In this document: positions 1 through 15,213 of the stretch, piece after piece
How positions within the stretch are numbered: the stretch's first letter is position 1
Layout of the letters: each line of letters opens with the position of its first letter
Assembly (NCBI RefSeq): GCF_009914755.1
Contig: NC_060925.1
Length of the DNA stretch: 64,000 nucleotides
Source: the human T2T-CHM13v2.0 reference genome, Homo sapiens
Direction: 5' to 3' (one strand)
Notes under the pieces: model-generated
What the model was told of the DNA's origin: nothing
Database searches by the model: none
What the model saw: only the letters and a program-made list of their open reading frames with translations
Made by a program: the position numbers and the translations under genes

Positions 1-126
1 GAGCACAGCCTGCCAGGCTGATTGGGTGGAACAAGCCCAGCGGGCCTAAGTAAAAACTCAGGGAAAAGCGCCACTGGCCACACAGGTTTCCGGCTGGTGA
101 AGTGACACCCACAGGATCCCATGACA
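1..126 (+). mobile_element. ERV1 LTR 3' end (MER52-like)
   Basis: cagcctgccaggctg...aaaactcaggg...ggatcccatgaca resembles the MER52 terminus ending in CA. Confidence 0.65.
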
Positions 127-360
127 TCAGCTCACTGCAGCCTCAACCTCCTGGACTCAAGTGATCCTCCCACCTCAGCCTCCCAAGGTGCTGGGACTAC
201 AGGCATGCACCACCATGCCCAGCTAATTTTTGTATTTTTTTGTAGAGATGGGGTTTCACCATATTGCCCAGGCTAGTCTTGAACTCCTGGGCTCAAGTGA
301 TCCACCTGCCTTGGTCCCCCAAAATGCTGGGATTACAGGCATGAGCCACTGTGCCCAGCC
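127..360 (-). mobile_element. Alu (AluJ-like), cut off by the LTR
   Basis: Reverse Alu; the tail end is replaced by the LTR. Confidence 0.9.
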
Positions 361-365
361 TCAGA

Positions 366-446
366 AAAGAATATTAAAGGAGTAGCTCTTGAAAGCCTAG
401 AGTGGGAACATCTAGGCTTTCAAGAGCTACTCCTTTAATATTCTTT
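366..446. repeat. Perfect 36-bp inverted repeat, 9-nt spacer
   Basis: 366-401 aaagaatattaaaggagtagctcttgaaagcctaga is the exact reverse complement of 411-446. Confidence 0.97.
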
Positions 447-928
447 GAGGGTGACATCCCTCAAAATCAATCATTTCCCTTCCCATTCCCATGACTGGAG
501 TCAGTGGTTCTCAGTCTAGGCTATTTAATAGAATCACTTGGGAATGGACATCCAAGTCCCACCTAGATCAATTTAAAAAATTCTTTGGAAAAATCCAAAG
601 TGAAGGGAGGAGGATGTGTGCCTGCTAGCTATAAGTACTGAGCTGTTACTTCCACCATCGTCTCTATTGCTTTCCAAAGCCCAGCCCTCTCACTGGGGAG
701 AAGCCATGGTTTTAGTGTATGTGCCAGAGAATTTCCTCCATTTAAAGGAGGTATTTGCTGCTAAGGGGACACTGTATATAGAAAGACCAAGAATGGAATA
801 TGAATAAGAAGAGGTGCCTTCACTCTCAAAGATCACAGAAGCAAACAGAGCTATGTCTTGGAAATATGAAGGAAAGGCCTGTATTCCAGACTAGCCCCAA
901 GGGTGTGGGGTCAGAGAAAATTTCTTCA

Positions 929-1241
929 AGCAGTTCTGGAGGCTGAAAGTCCAAGATCAAAGCACCGGCATTTGGTGTCTGGTGAGGGCTGCGCTCTGCT
1001 TCCAAGATGATGCCTTATTGCTGCATTCTTCAGAGAGGAGAAATGCTAAGTTTTCATATGGTGGAAGGTAGAAAAAGAGCAAGAGGAATGAATTCGTTAC
1101 ATGAAGCCATTTTATAAAAGCACTAATTCTATTCCTAAGGGAGGGGCCCTCATGGCATAATCACTTTTTAAAAGCCCCACCTCTTAATACTGTCATATTG
1201 GCAACACCTGAATTTTGAAGATACCCATTCAAACCATAACA
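929..1241 (-). mobile_element. MaLR LTR (MSTD/MLT1A-like)
   Basis: cagttctggaggctg..aagtccaagatcaa...cattcaaaccataaca hallmarks. Confidence 0.75.
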
Positions 1242-1324
1242 CTTGTTTTATATATATTTAAATTGTTCTTTAATAAAATATTTTACCTAACAAAAATTCT
1301 GTGGAAGCCAAAGCAGTGGTAGTT

Positions 1325-2029
1325 ATTATCTTTGTGATAACAGTTTTATTGAGATATAATATACATACCATACAATTTAAGTATACGTTTATACATATAC
1401 AATTTAAAGTATACAATTCAGTGGTTTTAAGTATATTCACAGAGTTCTACAACCATCACCACAATCAATTTCAGAATATTTCATCACTCCAAAAAGATAG
1501 TTGTATCTGTAGCCACCACCCCTAATCCTCTCATCTTTCTTATCCCTAGACAACCATTAGTCTACTTTCTATTGCTATAGATTTGCCATACTGAACATTT
1601 AATATAAATGGAATGATAACAATATATGGCCTTTTGTGTCTGGCTTCTTTCACTTAACAATGTTTTCAAGGTTCATCCATGCTGTAGCACAAATCAGTAC
1701 TTCATTTCTTTTTATGGCTGAATAATATTCCATTGTATAAATATGTCACATTTTGTTTATGCAATCATCAATTGAGAGAGATTTGGATTAATTCCACATA
1801 TTTTTGGCCATTATGAATAATGCTATTCATATGGCTATATGGCTGTTATGAATAATATTATAAAAATTCATTTGCAAATTGGGACATCTAGTTCCTCCCC
1901 CAGTATTCGCCAGCTGGTATATAGGGATGTGGCCTTCAGACATTTGAACTTGGGTCTTCATTTCTCTTGGGTATATACCTAGGAGTGAAATGACTGGGTC
2001 GCGTGGTAACGATATTTAATTTCTCGAGG
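1325..2029 (-). mobile_element. Old L1 (L1MB-like) 3' end
   Basis: ttttattgagatataat...ggctgaataatattccattgta; flanked by a 13-bp direct repeat. Confidence 0.85.
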
Positions 2030-2599
2030 AGCAGTGGTAGTTTTAAAACTTCCCAGTTGATTCTAATGCAGATCCAGGGCTGAAAAGCAGTGATCTCAAC
2101 GAATGGTGAAACTCAGAAACGCACACTCTTGACAGCTTCAGGGAGACATTTACAGGGTCCTTCTTAAGCCTTGGGGGTCCATGTGGAACAATGAGATTGG
2201 TTCGCAACTGGCTTTCCTGCCATACCCAAGACACAGTGATTGCCATCAGTATGCAGGGAAATGTATCTTAATGCTCTGCTCTCACCTCTATTTGATTCAA
2301 CATTTATAATAATGACTTGTGGGATGAATATCTGGAACAGGGGTTTTCAAATGTTTTTCTAACTGTGCAACCCTTTCTTCCAATAAAATTCTCTGTGGAA
2401 ACTAAACTCAAGGCTCTGTCTACCGGGTCTGTAGAAGTTTTCTGTCTTGCCCACCCACCCTGCCCCACTACTTCTGAGTCCTTCCTCAAAGCACCAAGGG
2501 CTTTATAGAGCATTGTTTGAAAGCCACTTATCCAGAAAGTATTTTTATTAATTTGTGGATAACCCCAAACTGAAAATATAAAATGATTTTTAAAAAATT

Positions 2600-2712
2600 A
2601 ATTTTATTTTATTTTAAGTTCCAGGATACATGTGCCAGATGTGTAGGTTTGTCACATAGGTAGACATGTGCCATGGTGGTTTGCTGCACCTATTGACCTA
2701 TCACCTAGGTTA
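2600..2712 (-). mobile_element. Short L1PA 3' fragment
   Basis: ttttaagttccaggatacatgtg...ccatggtggtttgctgcacc. Confidence 0.75.
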
Positions 2713-2831
2713 TAAAAAAATTTTAATGTCAGAGTCAATATAAGGTAAACAAAACAAAACAAAACAAAACCTAAACTTCTCTAGAGTGAGCTGCATTGGG
2801 AAGTAATGTTTTCTTTCCTGCAAGGTATTCA

Positions 2832-3188
<357 letters not shown>

Positions 3189-3226
3189 CCCCTCAAAAGC
3201 CAGACGGTGATGTGATTGGTCTAGTG

Positions 3227-3526
3227 ATTTTTATTTTTCTTTGAGACGAGGTCTCACTCCATCACCCAGGCTGGAGTGCAGTGGTGTGAATAAGGCTCAC
3301 TGCAGCCTTGACCTCCTGGGCTCCAGTGATTCTCCTGCCTTAGCCTCCCATGTAGCTGGGACCACAGGTGCACACCACCATGCCCAGGTAATTTTTTTGA
3401 TTTTTTGTAGAGATGGGGGTCTCACTTTGTTGCCTCGGCTGGTCTTGAACTCCTGGGCTCAAGCGATCCTTCTGCCTTGACCTTCCAAAGTGCTGGGATT
3501 ATAGGCATGAGCCATGGTGCTTGGCT
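3227..3526 (-). mobile_element. Alu (AluJ-like)
   Basis: Reverse Alu consensus. Confidence 0.92.
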
Positions 3527-3905
3527 TGGCCTAGTGATTTTGAGTGTGCCCAGCTCTAAGCCTCTGTATTCACACTGCCAGAGCCACTTGTATCTTGGGC
3601 ATCTCTGCTAGACAGGGGAAGAGCTTGGCCTGAAGGGTCAGAAGTTGTTATTTTTGTCCTTTATTCTTCCTCTAATTTCCTAATCTGGTTTTACTGGGGT
3701 TTTGCCTTGGAAAGGGCTGCCTATGACAACAGGGCATATGCAATCTATTATTTTTATTGTTTAATATTTAATCTATTATTATTCAACTAGGGTGTAACTC
3801 CAGTAACTCCAGTGAGGCCAGTATTTTATCTACTTTTTCAGTGCTGCTCCTAGAACAGACCCTGACATATGGTAGGTGTTCAGTAAATACATATTGAATG
3901 AGTGA

Positions 3906-4230
<325 letters not shown>

Positions 4231-6821
4231 TCAATTGGAGGTCATTCTTAACCCCTTTTATGTCAGCATACTTTTTCTATTACTTTCGTGGTTCCTCTCA
4301 ACAACCATTCTTACTTCTGGGATACACCAGGAAACAGCCAAAGGAAAATTCAGTGTTCTGTAGTTCCTCCTTGCCTTAGTTCTAATCCACCTGCACCAAC
4401 CCATTCCTTGCCCCATCCTCCATCCTGACCTCCGTCTTTGTGGTTTCTGACTCACGCCTCATTCACTGGTTTTCAGCCTTACTTTGCCTGGGCTTGAGTC
4501 ACTCCCTGTAGTCCTGTTACTCACTGTTCGGGTTCAGGCAAGTTACCTAAATGCTCCATGCCCCAGGTTCCTCATCCACCCAGGAAAAAGCTTAAATAGG
4601 AGAAGAGGGGTAAAGGTGGAATATTGGGAAACACTGACATTTAAAGAAAAAGAAATAGCAACATCTTATTTCATTGATTCATGTAAAGGCTGGAGAGTGC
4701 TTAGTTTCTGCATATACCATGCAGGCAGGAGATGTGAGCAATGATCACGATTTCACTACTCTTGAGACTTAGTATCATTATTAATTCATCCTTCAGATCT
4801 GAAACTTGTCAGCACCATCTTCTTGATGATAACCTTGATTTATTTCAGCTACACTGCAGTTTCTTCCTTCAACCATGCTTCCTTGAGGAAACCCAGGCCC
4901 AGACTGCCGCCCTGGGTGAGTTTCCTCTGCGCAATGCCTGTACACTGCTGACCTACCTTCAGAGCAGAAACATAACTCGCTATTGCTAAGTGAGTTGATT
5001 CTGTGTTTCTGATTGGGCAATCATGTACCTAGTTTGCTTTCACCCATATCAAGATGCTAAATTTAGGGATTCATTTGCAGCTCAACTTCCAGGCAGTGAG
5101 CTTGCTTCCTGTGCTTTAAACTGCTTGGTGACAGCTCTAAAGCCCCCAAACCAACCACTCGTGGTTATCTGGATTGCTGTTAAAATTAGTTTACTTCTGT
5201 CAATGACCTTAGAATCTTTGCTGTTTATTTCAACTACGGGTAATTCCTAAAGCAATGAAAAGCATGTCAACCCTCTTTAATAGGAGTAGCATTTTGCTCT
5301 GGTTTCATGAGAAAAATGGATTCCATTGTGCTTTTTCTAGGTATGCTTCTCTCAGCGGATGAGTGTGTGTCTCTCAGTGTGTATATTATTAGGGGCTCTT
5401 TGGAAAGCATATTGCCAATTTAGGATGTCTACTTCAGGAAAAAGCTAGTGCCAGGATTTGATTTGTATTTTAGGGGACAATCAATCCACCAGGCAGCACT
5501 ATGGGGAGTGAAGTGGATGATAGTTTAAGACTGGGGCTCCAGAAAGGACTGCAGCTTGAAAGCTGAAGTGGTCATCCAGGCAGAACTCAGGACCCGAACT
5601 CAATGCAGTGGCAGGAGTGAGAGAGCGCGGAGAGGTGGATTTGAGGGAATCCACAGAACTTGCCAGAGCCAGCCAGGAAGCAACACCCCAACTCTGTTTT
5701 CTATAAGACATCTGGTCACATTGGCATTTTGTGATGCTTAGGAAGCCACAGACTGTTTGGGGATATTTTTGGAGAAAATCTCATATCACCCCACAGCTTT
5801 CTGTCATCTCCAGTCTCTGAATCATGCTCTCCTGCCTCCAAAGCCCAAGACATTCCTTTCTACACCAAAAGGGCAGTTTGGTCTCCACCTTCTAACATAT
5901 GCTATCATTTCCTTAGGGTTATGGTTTATGATGTCTTCTTATGCTACAGTGTAAGCTCCAGAAGGGCAGAGGTCTTTGTTTTATTTTCTAATATACTGAA
6001 GATGTTTACAACAGTGCTTGGCTTATAGTAGGTACTAATAAATATTTATTGCAATGGAGTGAACAAAAAAAAAGATTGTTCAATATGTTGCGTGCTGCAG
6101 AAAATTCAAGTAGGAAGAGAACTGAGAGAAGACCCCTGATGTTAGCATAGGGAGTTGCTGGTGACTTTAGAGAGAGTAATTTCAGTAGAGTGTGTTGTGG
6201 AAGGAAGCCAAAATGAAATGTTATTATTATTGTTATTTTAAATTCACTTTTTGGAAAAGATGATGAGGCATATGGTTTTGGGAGGTAAGGAAATAAGGCC
6301 ACAAGGTTAGACTCATCTTCTGTATAATATTTTGTTCATTTATTATGTTGGCTGATGGAGGTTGAAATATATTGGCCTTTATTTGGTGAGATGTTGGCTC
6401 CAGTGAAAATGTGCCCGGCAATAATCATCTAGATTCTCAAAAGGGTATTCCATTTTGCATAAGAGAAATGGAGACAAAATACAAATGAGCAGGAAGGAAA
6501 TTTCCAGTTTCACTGGATAAATAAGTCACAGAATATTTTGTTAATATATGTAGACGTAGACATTTAGGGGTCAGGTTTCTTCTAGAAATATTTTAGTGCT
6601 TGCTGACATGAAACTGCTCTTTCTTCTTTGCTCCACACCCCCACAGGGCTGTGTTATGTGTCAGGTGTTGTTTGGCATCACTATAAGTCATGTTCCCACT
6701 CCTTGGAAAGCACTTCTTCTAGGAGAATTTATGAACAGTGCCAGAGCTGATCTGCATCTCAACTGGTCATTGTTTTTCTTTGTTGTTCTCAGAGGCATGG
6801 ACAGAGGATTCTCTGAAGTCA

Positions 6822-7208
<387 letters not shown>

Positions 7209-7894
7209 TTACCATCTATACCTACAAAAATTTAAATTTCCTTTTAAATATAAAATTGTGGTAGCTGGTACTTCCTCCTCTTGGTCTGGTGATTGGAGAC
7301 TGTCCTCTGGCCTATCCGAGGGTCCCCAGGGCCATCTTAAGTGAAAGCAAGATGAGTCCTTTGTGTTCTGCTGCCCCAGGCTCCTTGATGCCCAGGCACA
7401 TTGCTGTTGGTGACACTTGAGAGGTCACCCCGCTGCTAAGCACAGCTATCTCCTTGGGCACTGCTACTGCTCCCACCACTTTGGCCTGAGGGAAGTGGAC
7501 ATTGTTCTCTGCTATTCAGGCCCCAGAATGGGAAGACCCCCTAGGTTGTCATAACGTAGAATACACCCTGCTGTAACTTTTAGCAAGTATTTACTCCATG
7601 TAAAAATAATAGAAAGTTCAACAGTGAGAAGAAGTTAACTAACAGAAGATGTGGCTATCCTTAGTGCTTATGGGCTTAGAACATCATATCTTAGGTTGGA
7701 TTTCCCAGAAGCTGACTTGGAGGGAAGGAGTGAACAGCAAGTGGTTCACTTGAAGGATGATCCCAGGAAGCATTGGCAAGGGAATGGAGGCCTTCAGGGA
7801 AGGAAAGGAAATCTAGATAGGAGACGTCAATCAGAAGATTACCACTGTGGGCAACTGGGGCTCAATCCCACTGGGAACCTGTGAGAAATAGTAT

Positions 7895-8015
7895 AGAGCT
7901 TCCCTGACCTATAAGATGGTAGCCACTAGCCACTTGTGACCCCTGAGCATTTGAAATATAGCTAGTAAGAATTGAGTTGCACTCCAAATGTAAAATACAC
8001 ATTGGATTTCTAACA

Positions 8016-8047
<32 letters not shown>

Positions 8048-8262
8048 TGTTAGAAATTATATATATAATGTAAAACATCTTATTGATTATTTTTTATATT
8101 GATTACCACATTGATATAATATTTTAGGTAGACAAGGTTCAACAAATGTATTAATATTAAAATTAATTTCACCTGTTTCATTTTGCTTTTTAAAACTGTG
8201 GCTACTAGAAAATGTGAAATTACATATGTGACTCTCAGCATATTCCTAGTGGACAGAGCTGG
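7895..8262. mobile_element. hAT-Charlie DNA transposon (MER33-like), inside an older MaLR-like LTR
   Basis: atggtagccactagccac...gtggctactagaaaat...ggacagagctg hallmarks. Confidence 0.7.
8006..8057. repeat. Perfect 52-bp palindrome with (TA)15 centre
   Basis: atttctaacag-(TA)15-ctgttagaaat. Confidence 0.95.
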
Positions 8263-9337
8263 TATAGAACATCCTCAGAATTGTCCCACCCTGGTACATA
8301 TCCCAAGATCCAGGTTCCCCACTCAACTCTGCAGCAGGACGTCCACAGTTCAGCCCAGACTCTGCTGAACCAAGCCAAGTCCAGCTACTTTTCCTGCTTT
8401 CTCCTCCATGTGAGGTCCACATGTCTGTCCTGTAGCCCAGCAAGGAATCATGTGAACGAGAACACACAACTCCACAATAACAAGGCTTATATACAGGCGC
8501 AATACCTGATCCTATATATGAAGTGGGTTAATGTTTTAAATAATTCACTCTGTGTTCTTACCCACCCGCAGCCTGCACACCTCTTCCAGCTTTGTGCTCT
8601 CTGATTTTCTTCACTTGCACTCTAATGATCTTCCTCCCAGCCCAGAAAACTCGATATGAGTTATCATTGCTTTAGGGGAAGGATGTCGCTCTTGAAGCAG
8701 AGAATTAGCCAAATTTATAGTGTTTAAGTTCAAAAGTCACCAGTGCAGGTATAAGACAGAAACAGCCTGCTGCATAACTGCAAAATTGCAAAGAAAGCTT
8801 TGCTCTCCAGACTAAGGAGTCCACAGACTGGGGGATAGGGAGATGCTAAGGACCCCAAGGGCAGAAGGAGAGATAGTTGTCCTCTATGGACTGTAGCCCA
8901 TAAGCTCTATACTCCTGGAGACCCCCACTGGTCCTGAGGACCTAGATTAGATGTCTCATTTGCCTGTGGTGAACATTGCTCATGGCCTGCAGTCACAGTG
9001 ATGACTAGCAAGGCCCAAAGACAACCACCTGTTCCCTAGGGCTTTGTTCAGCCCTCTGCCCCTCACACACCACGTGAAAAGTCCCTGCTTCCAACGGTCC
9101 AGGGCACTTAGAAGCCCCAGGATTGAAGACTTGGTCTCCTAGAGGGTCTTCATGGAATAGTACCCGGGCAAGATGGGACCAGACAGAACTGGCCCCAAAC
9201 CTCTCAATAAGTCAAGGCAGTGGTGGACACATTGGGTCACATATTCTCATATTCTTCAGGTAGGAATATGTCTCCAAAGGAGACATCATCTTTGGAAATG
9301 TGTCTCTGTCCATAGCTAAACCAATTTCTTACTTTAA

Positions 9338-9698
<361 letters not shown>

Positions 9699-11077
9699 GG
9701 AACAGTTTCTTAAACATAAATTCGGTTGAAAATTACCAAGTATTAAAAAAAACAGGGTATGATCTCACCTAGTGTCACCTTATAACACATACACCTGGGC
9801 TATAAAGTCAGAAAACCAATGGAATGAGTCAGAAATAGTCATCGCAGGAGGCATAAGGCTGCTTGAGCTGGCTTCATAATTACCCACAGAGAGGTGTGTT
9901 TGGGTTGCATTCAGAATATACTCTATCTTGTTTTGTTAAAGTGGTTGGACTTAAGTGGATACATTCCAAGAGTTTTCTCAGGCCCTGACATCGATGAAAG
10001 AGGAAGATGGAAAGCTGCCCACAGGATTTCTGCAGCATTTGGCTTCCTTAGGCCAATGTAGACATTAAAACATTGCTCTGTCATTGACCCACGACCTCTG
10101 TTTTAGCTTCCCTAACACTGGAAACAAGTGTTTAATGCCCTTAGTGACCCAGCAAATATTTCAGAGGGCAGCCTCTTATATTTTATGCTTCCACTGCCAG
10201 GTGATTGTGGGCTAATGACAGAAAAGACAAATGGAAAACATCTGGACATTTAAAGGGCAATGATAATAAACTGCTTCTCAGATATTGGAGTCTGAGCACA
10301 CCATCTGTTGACTAAGGTAAAGATGGTAAATGTTTTTGGGGTGATCCCCAACTACATACCCCTTTTTCTGAACCCTGTATCAGCTGCCACACCTATACAG
10401 TGTGACCCTCTTCCCTTCATAGTTGAGTGGACAAGATGTAGACACTGGACCCAAGCTGGACTCACCAGGTTTTCCCTTGTGGAATTGGGAAATGGGCCTC
10501 TGAGGTTCTTGAGCAGCATGTTTGGCTCCTGTGCACAGATCTGCAGTGAGAGAGCAGGAAATGGATGCACAGAGGAGAGATGAGGACAGTGCAGCTGGCA
10601 GAGCAGCAGCGCGGCAGCCCCTGGCCCCTGGCTGGCCAAGTCTGGCTCTCTCCTGAGGTCTTGTAGTGCCACGTGTTTCCAGGTGCCATGACATATCAAC
10701 AGTAGCCCTCACCTCTGCTTAAATACCTGTGGGTGTCTGTGAAACCTATGTTCCCTGCCATCCTTTCAGAAGCTCAGTCTGTACAGTGAACACAGGTGGT
10801 GTGGCTGGAACCATTTCTAGAAGGGCTCTGCACGTGAGCATCACCACTTTCCTGACGGTGTTCTTTTGCATCTTGAACTGTTCTCCCAGTAAAGATGTCT
10901 TCTGGGCCCTGCAGTCCATGTTAAAGAGCCAGGTAGACAGGTCAGCAAAGGACAGAAGAACAGCTTCTTTTTTGTCTGTGGTGGTCTACATTTTAAGGTG
11001 TCAATTCAAGTGGGCAAAAGGGAGAGGAGAGCCTGCCTACCTTTCTCTCTTTCTCTGTTTATTCATTCAATGGACTC

Positions 11078-11723
<646 letters not shown>

Positions 11724-12141
11724 TAAAACTATTGTACCTCATGGAGCTTACATCATAGTGGAGGGAGTCAGACAATAAATAAACATACAGTTAAATAATT
11801 TCAGATCACAAACAGCTATGAAGTAAATAAAACAGGAAAGTAAAATAGAGAATGACTGTGTGGTGGCTTCTTTAAGAAGGATGTCAGGAAAGGACATTCT
11901 GAGGGGGTGATGCTGAATGGACATAGGAATGAGAGAGAGAGGAGGAGCCGACCACAGAGAAACATGTAGGAGCAGCTTTCTAGAGGGAGTGCCAGCATAT
12001 TCAAGGGTGCTGGAACCTGTCTCCCTTCTGGCCTCCCTTGCTTCTTTCTTTTCCTTTACCTTTTCTCAAATACTAACTGAGCTGGCACTAAGAGTCAGGA
12101 GCTAACTGAAATGGATCAAAAGAAGAATAGAACACAGGCCT

Positions 12142-12270
12142 TTTTTTCTCTTTTCTTTTTTTGAGATGAGGGCCCCACTATGTTGCCAAGGCTGGTTTTG
12201 AACACCTGGCCTCAAGTGATTGGCCTCTTGAGTAGCTTGGATTATAGGCGTGAGCCATCATAACTGGCTA
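12142..12270 (-). mobile_element. Alu monomer fragment (FLAM/AluJ-like)
   Basis: Diverged left-arm sequence. Confidence 0.7.
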
Positions 12271-14906
12271 GGACAGAGTTTTTGCCTTGGAGAAATTCAC
12301 AGAGCAGGGAAGGAGAAAGACAAACAAGTCATTAAAATATAGATGGTTGTACTTAGTAGAAGGAAGCATAAAGTGTTATTGGGAAGACCATGGAAGCATA
12401 GACTGCCTGCTGGGTTCTCCTAAACACCTGACCAGCAGCTGGGTCCTCAGAGGAGAAGGCTGAGTCTCTGAAGAATCAGAAAGCTCCATTTCTTTCCAAT
12501 GTAATGCTCTCTACCTTAGGAGCCTTCAAAAATTCTGCAGAGTGGGGAGCTTCTTTGACCAATCCAGCAAAGCACACACACCAAACACTAATGGGAAAAT
12601 GGAAAACTGGAATTGATTCAAGTCGCTGAGAAAACAGGAAAGGTGGCTTTTATTTGGAGGACCAGGATGCAGACATAAAATACACACACACACGCACACA
12701 CACTCTCAGAGGACTGAAGGCAAAAGAAGGAGTTGGCAGTCATCCCTGGAAATGTGTAATCCAAGAACGAAAGTTTACAGAAAAGGAAGAAGCCTTACAC
12801 AGGGTCACAGTGAACCCCTGGGGATTTATGTAAGTGACTTAGGGTTTAAAGCGAAACTGTGTGTTGACTTAATGGTATGACTCATTTAAATGGAACGGAC
12901 TTTTAAAAACACATACACGAGGATTAGGTTTTCCATTTATTGTTGTGAAGCCATGTGATACTTAATGACACTGAGGTCCAAAGATATGGAAGCTGCCCAT
13001 AGAATGCGTCTGTGTAAGAACAAAAGAGAAGCAGGTTGCATCCCTTAAACAGTTGAAAAGGAAATGCTAGGCTCCAGCCACAATACCCTGTGGGCCGTCA
13101 GACTAGAGCGGGTGATGAGTGGGTGCTGGATGCTAGGTAAACGGAAGAAGTGACTGCAGTGGTGGGAGGTGTGAATGCCAGCACATAGCTTTGGTTTGTG
13201 GTAAACACCAGACAGGGCATGGAAGAGCGTGTTTTAGTTATTCTGTCAGAACAGCATAGATTAGAGGGTGACCAGATGTTCCTCTTGAGGGAACTTGTCA
13301 CTCTATAAACATTTTGCCCTGAGAAGACTTTGTGGGAGAGGAACAGTTCTTGGCTAGCACTGGTCCCTGTCAGAGTTCCTTCTGTACCTGGTGAATTTGG
13401 GAGGAAAAACTGGGAGCGTGGCTCAAAACCTTATGTCCTCCTCCTGGGAGCACTCATGTGCTGTGAGCACAGGCTCTGCTCAGCTCCTCCAGGTAGGCCC
13501 TGGCCAGGGTGGAAGCTTTCCCTGGCCCAGCACTCCCATGAAAGGGTTGCGCCTAAAACTCAGGTTCCATTTGCCAAGAGATACAAGCTGGGCCTTCCAA
13601 CCTAAACTTTATCAATGGTGAATGTGATATTTTGGCCTCTAACCACTTGGTCTTTTATCTTATTCCTCAATAGGTTCAGAAATCAGGGTGGGAAGTGAAA
13701 TCCTATTACTGAGACTCCAACAGCGTCCTGGGGAGCACCTCAAAGGGTCTTCCAGAGTTGTTGAAATTGGGGTTCAGCCAGAGGCCTGTGTACCTGCCAA
13801 TCTGGAGAGACAAGTCTTGTATGTCAGGACAAAGGAAACACGTATGGTTTCTGATACAATCCCCACACCAAGAATTACAAGGGCAGACACACTGAATGCC
13901 AGGTGTTAATTTATAGTTGAGCCACTTCTCACCTGTGCAGAACTAGCTAGCATGCTCCAGGAGGAGGGTCACCGCTCGGGAGAGTATGTCTCTATCCCAG
14001 TCATGCAGGGATGCCAGCTAGGTTCTCAAAATACCACTGATTGCCTTAGGGACTGGAATGTGCACAGCAACTAGAACCAAAACCCGCCAAATAAACCAAC
14101 CCAGCACTTTAACTGATGGCATCTAACACATATTTAATAGTTCTTGCTCTGAAAAATGAAACAATAAAGCATAACTTTCTATATAGCATTTTAGAGTTAA
14201 AGCACTTTTAGACACATCTACTTTGACCTACGTTACAACCTCAGAGTGTTACTGTGATTTCCATTTACATGAAAGGATGAAAAGAGGAAAAAGGATGGGA
14301 AAGAATAGAGGGGGATAGAGAGAGGAAGGCAGGAAGTGAGTTACATCTGGGGGGGCAGATGTCTGGGACCACCATGTGCAGCTGTGTATCACAGGTATAT
14401 GTACTGCACAATCATCTACGGTGGTCTCAGAGATATCTGCCAGGTCAGAAAGAGCATAGAATTGTCAGATTATTGCCGTTTATATCTCTAACCACATCAA
14501 ATTCCAAAACAACTTATGCTACCGAGTGAGGCAACAATTCTGCCACTCAGCAAAGTCACATTGTCCAGGTCTCGTGTCCAGGTTTTGGGTCCTAAATGTC
14601 TTGCTGTGCCAGGACTGGGGCCTTTTCTAGGGTTTTCTGGGGCAGGCATGACCACAGCGGAAGAAAAGTTCTATTTCTTGAGCACCCCCAATGTACCACA
14701 CCTGCACAGAATAGGAGCATGCATGTTATCCTCTGCAGTTCTCTTCATGACCCGTGTGGTAGGTCTATGCTAGCCTCATTTTATAAATAAAGAATTTGAG
14801 CCTCAAAGAGGCTAACTTTCCTACCCAATCCAACTCTGGGGTCAAATGACCTCTGAAATCTCTAGAAGGAACAGGACAAACATTAGGATGAATTAAAGGA
14901 GTTGGT

Positions 14907-15213
14907 GGATGGTCGCAGTGGCTCATGCCTGCCATCCCAGCAATTTGGGAGGTTGAGGTGAGAGGATTCCTTGAGGCCAGGAGTTCAAGACCAGCCTGGG
15001 CAATGTAGGAGGATACTGTCTATACAGAAAAAAAATTCACTGGGTGTGGTGGCATGTGCCTGTAGTCTCAGCTACTCCGAAGGCTGAGGTGGGAAGATCA
15101 CTTGAGCCCAGGAGATTGAGACTGCAGGGAGCTGTAATCACACCACTGCACTCTAGCCTGGGTGACACAGCAAGACCTTATCTCTCTATAAAAAAAGAAA
15201 AAGGTAAAAAAAG
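14907..15213 (+). mobile_element. Alu (AluJ-like)
   Basis: Alu consensus plus A-rich tail. Confidence 0.92.
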
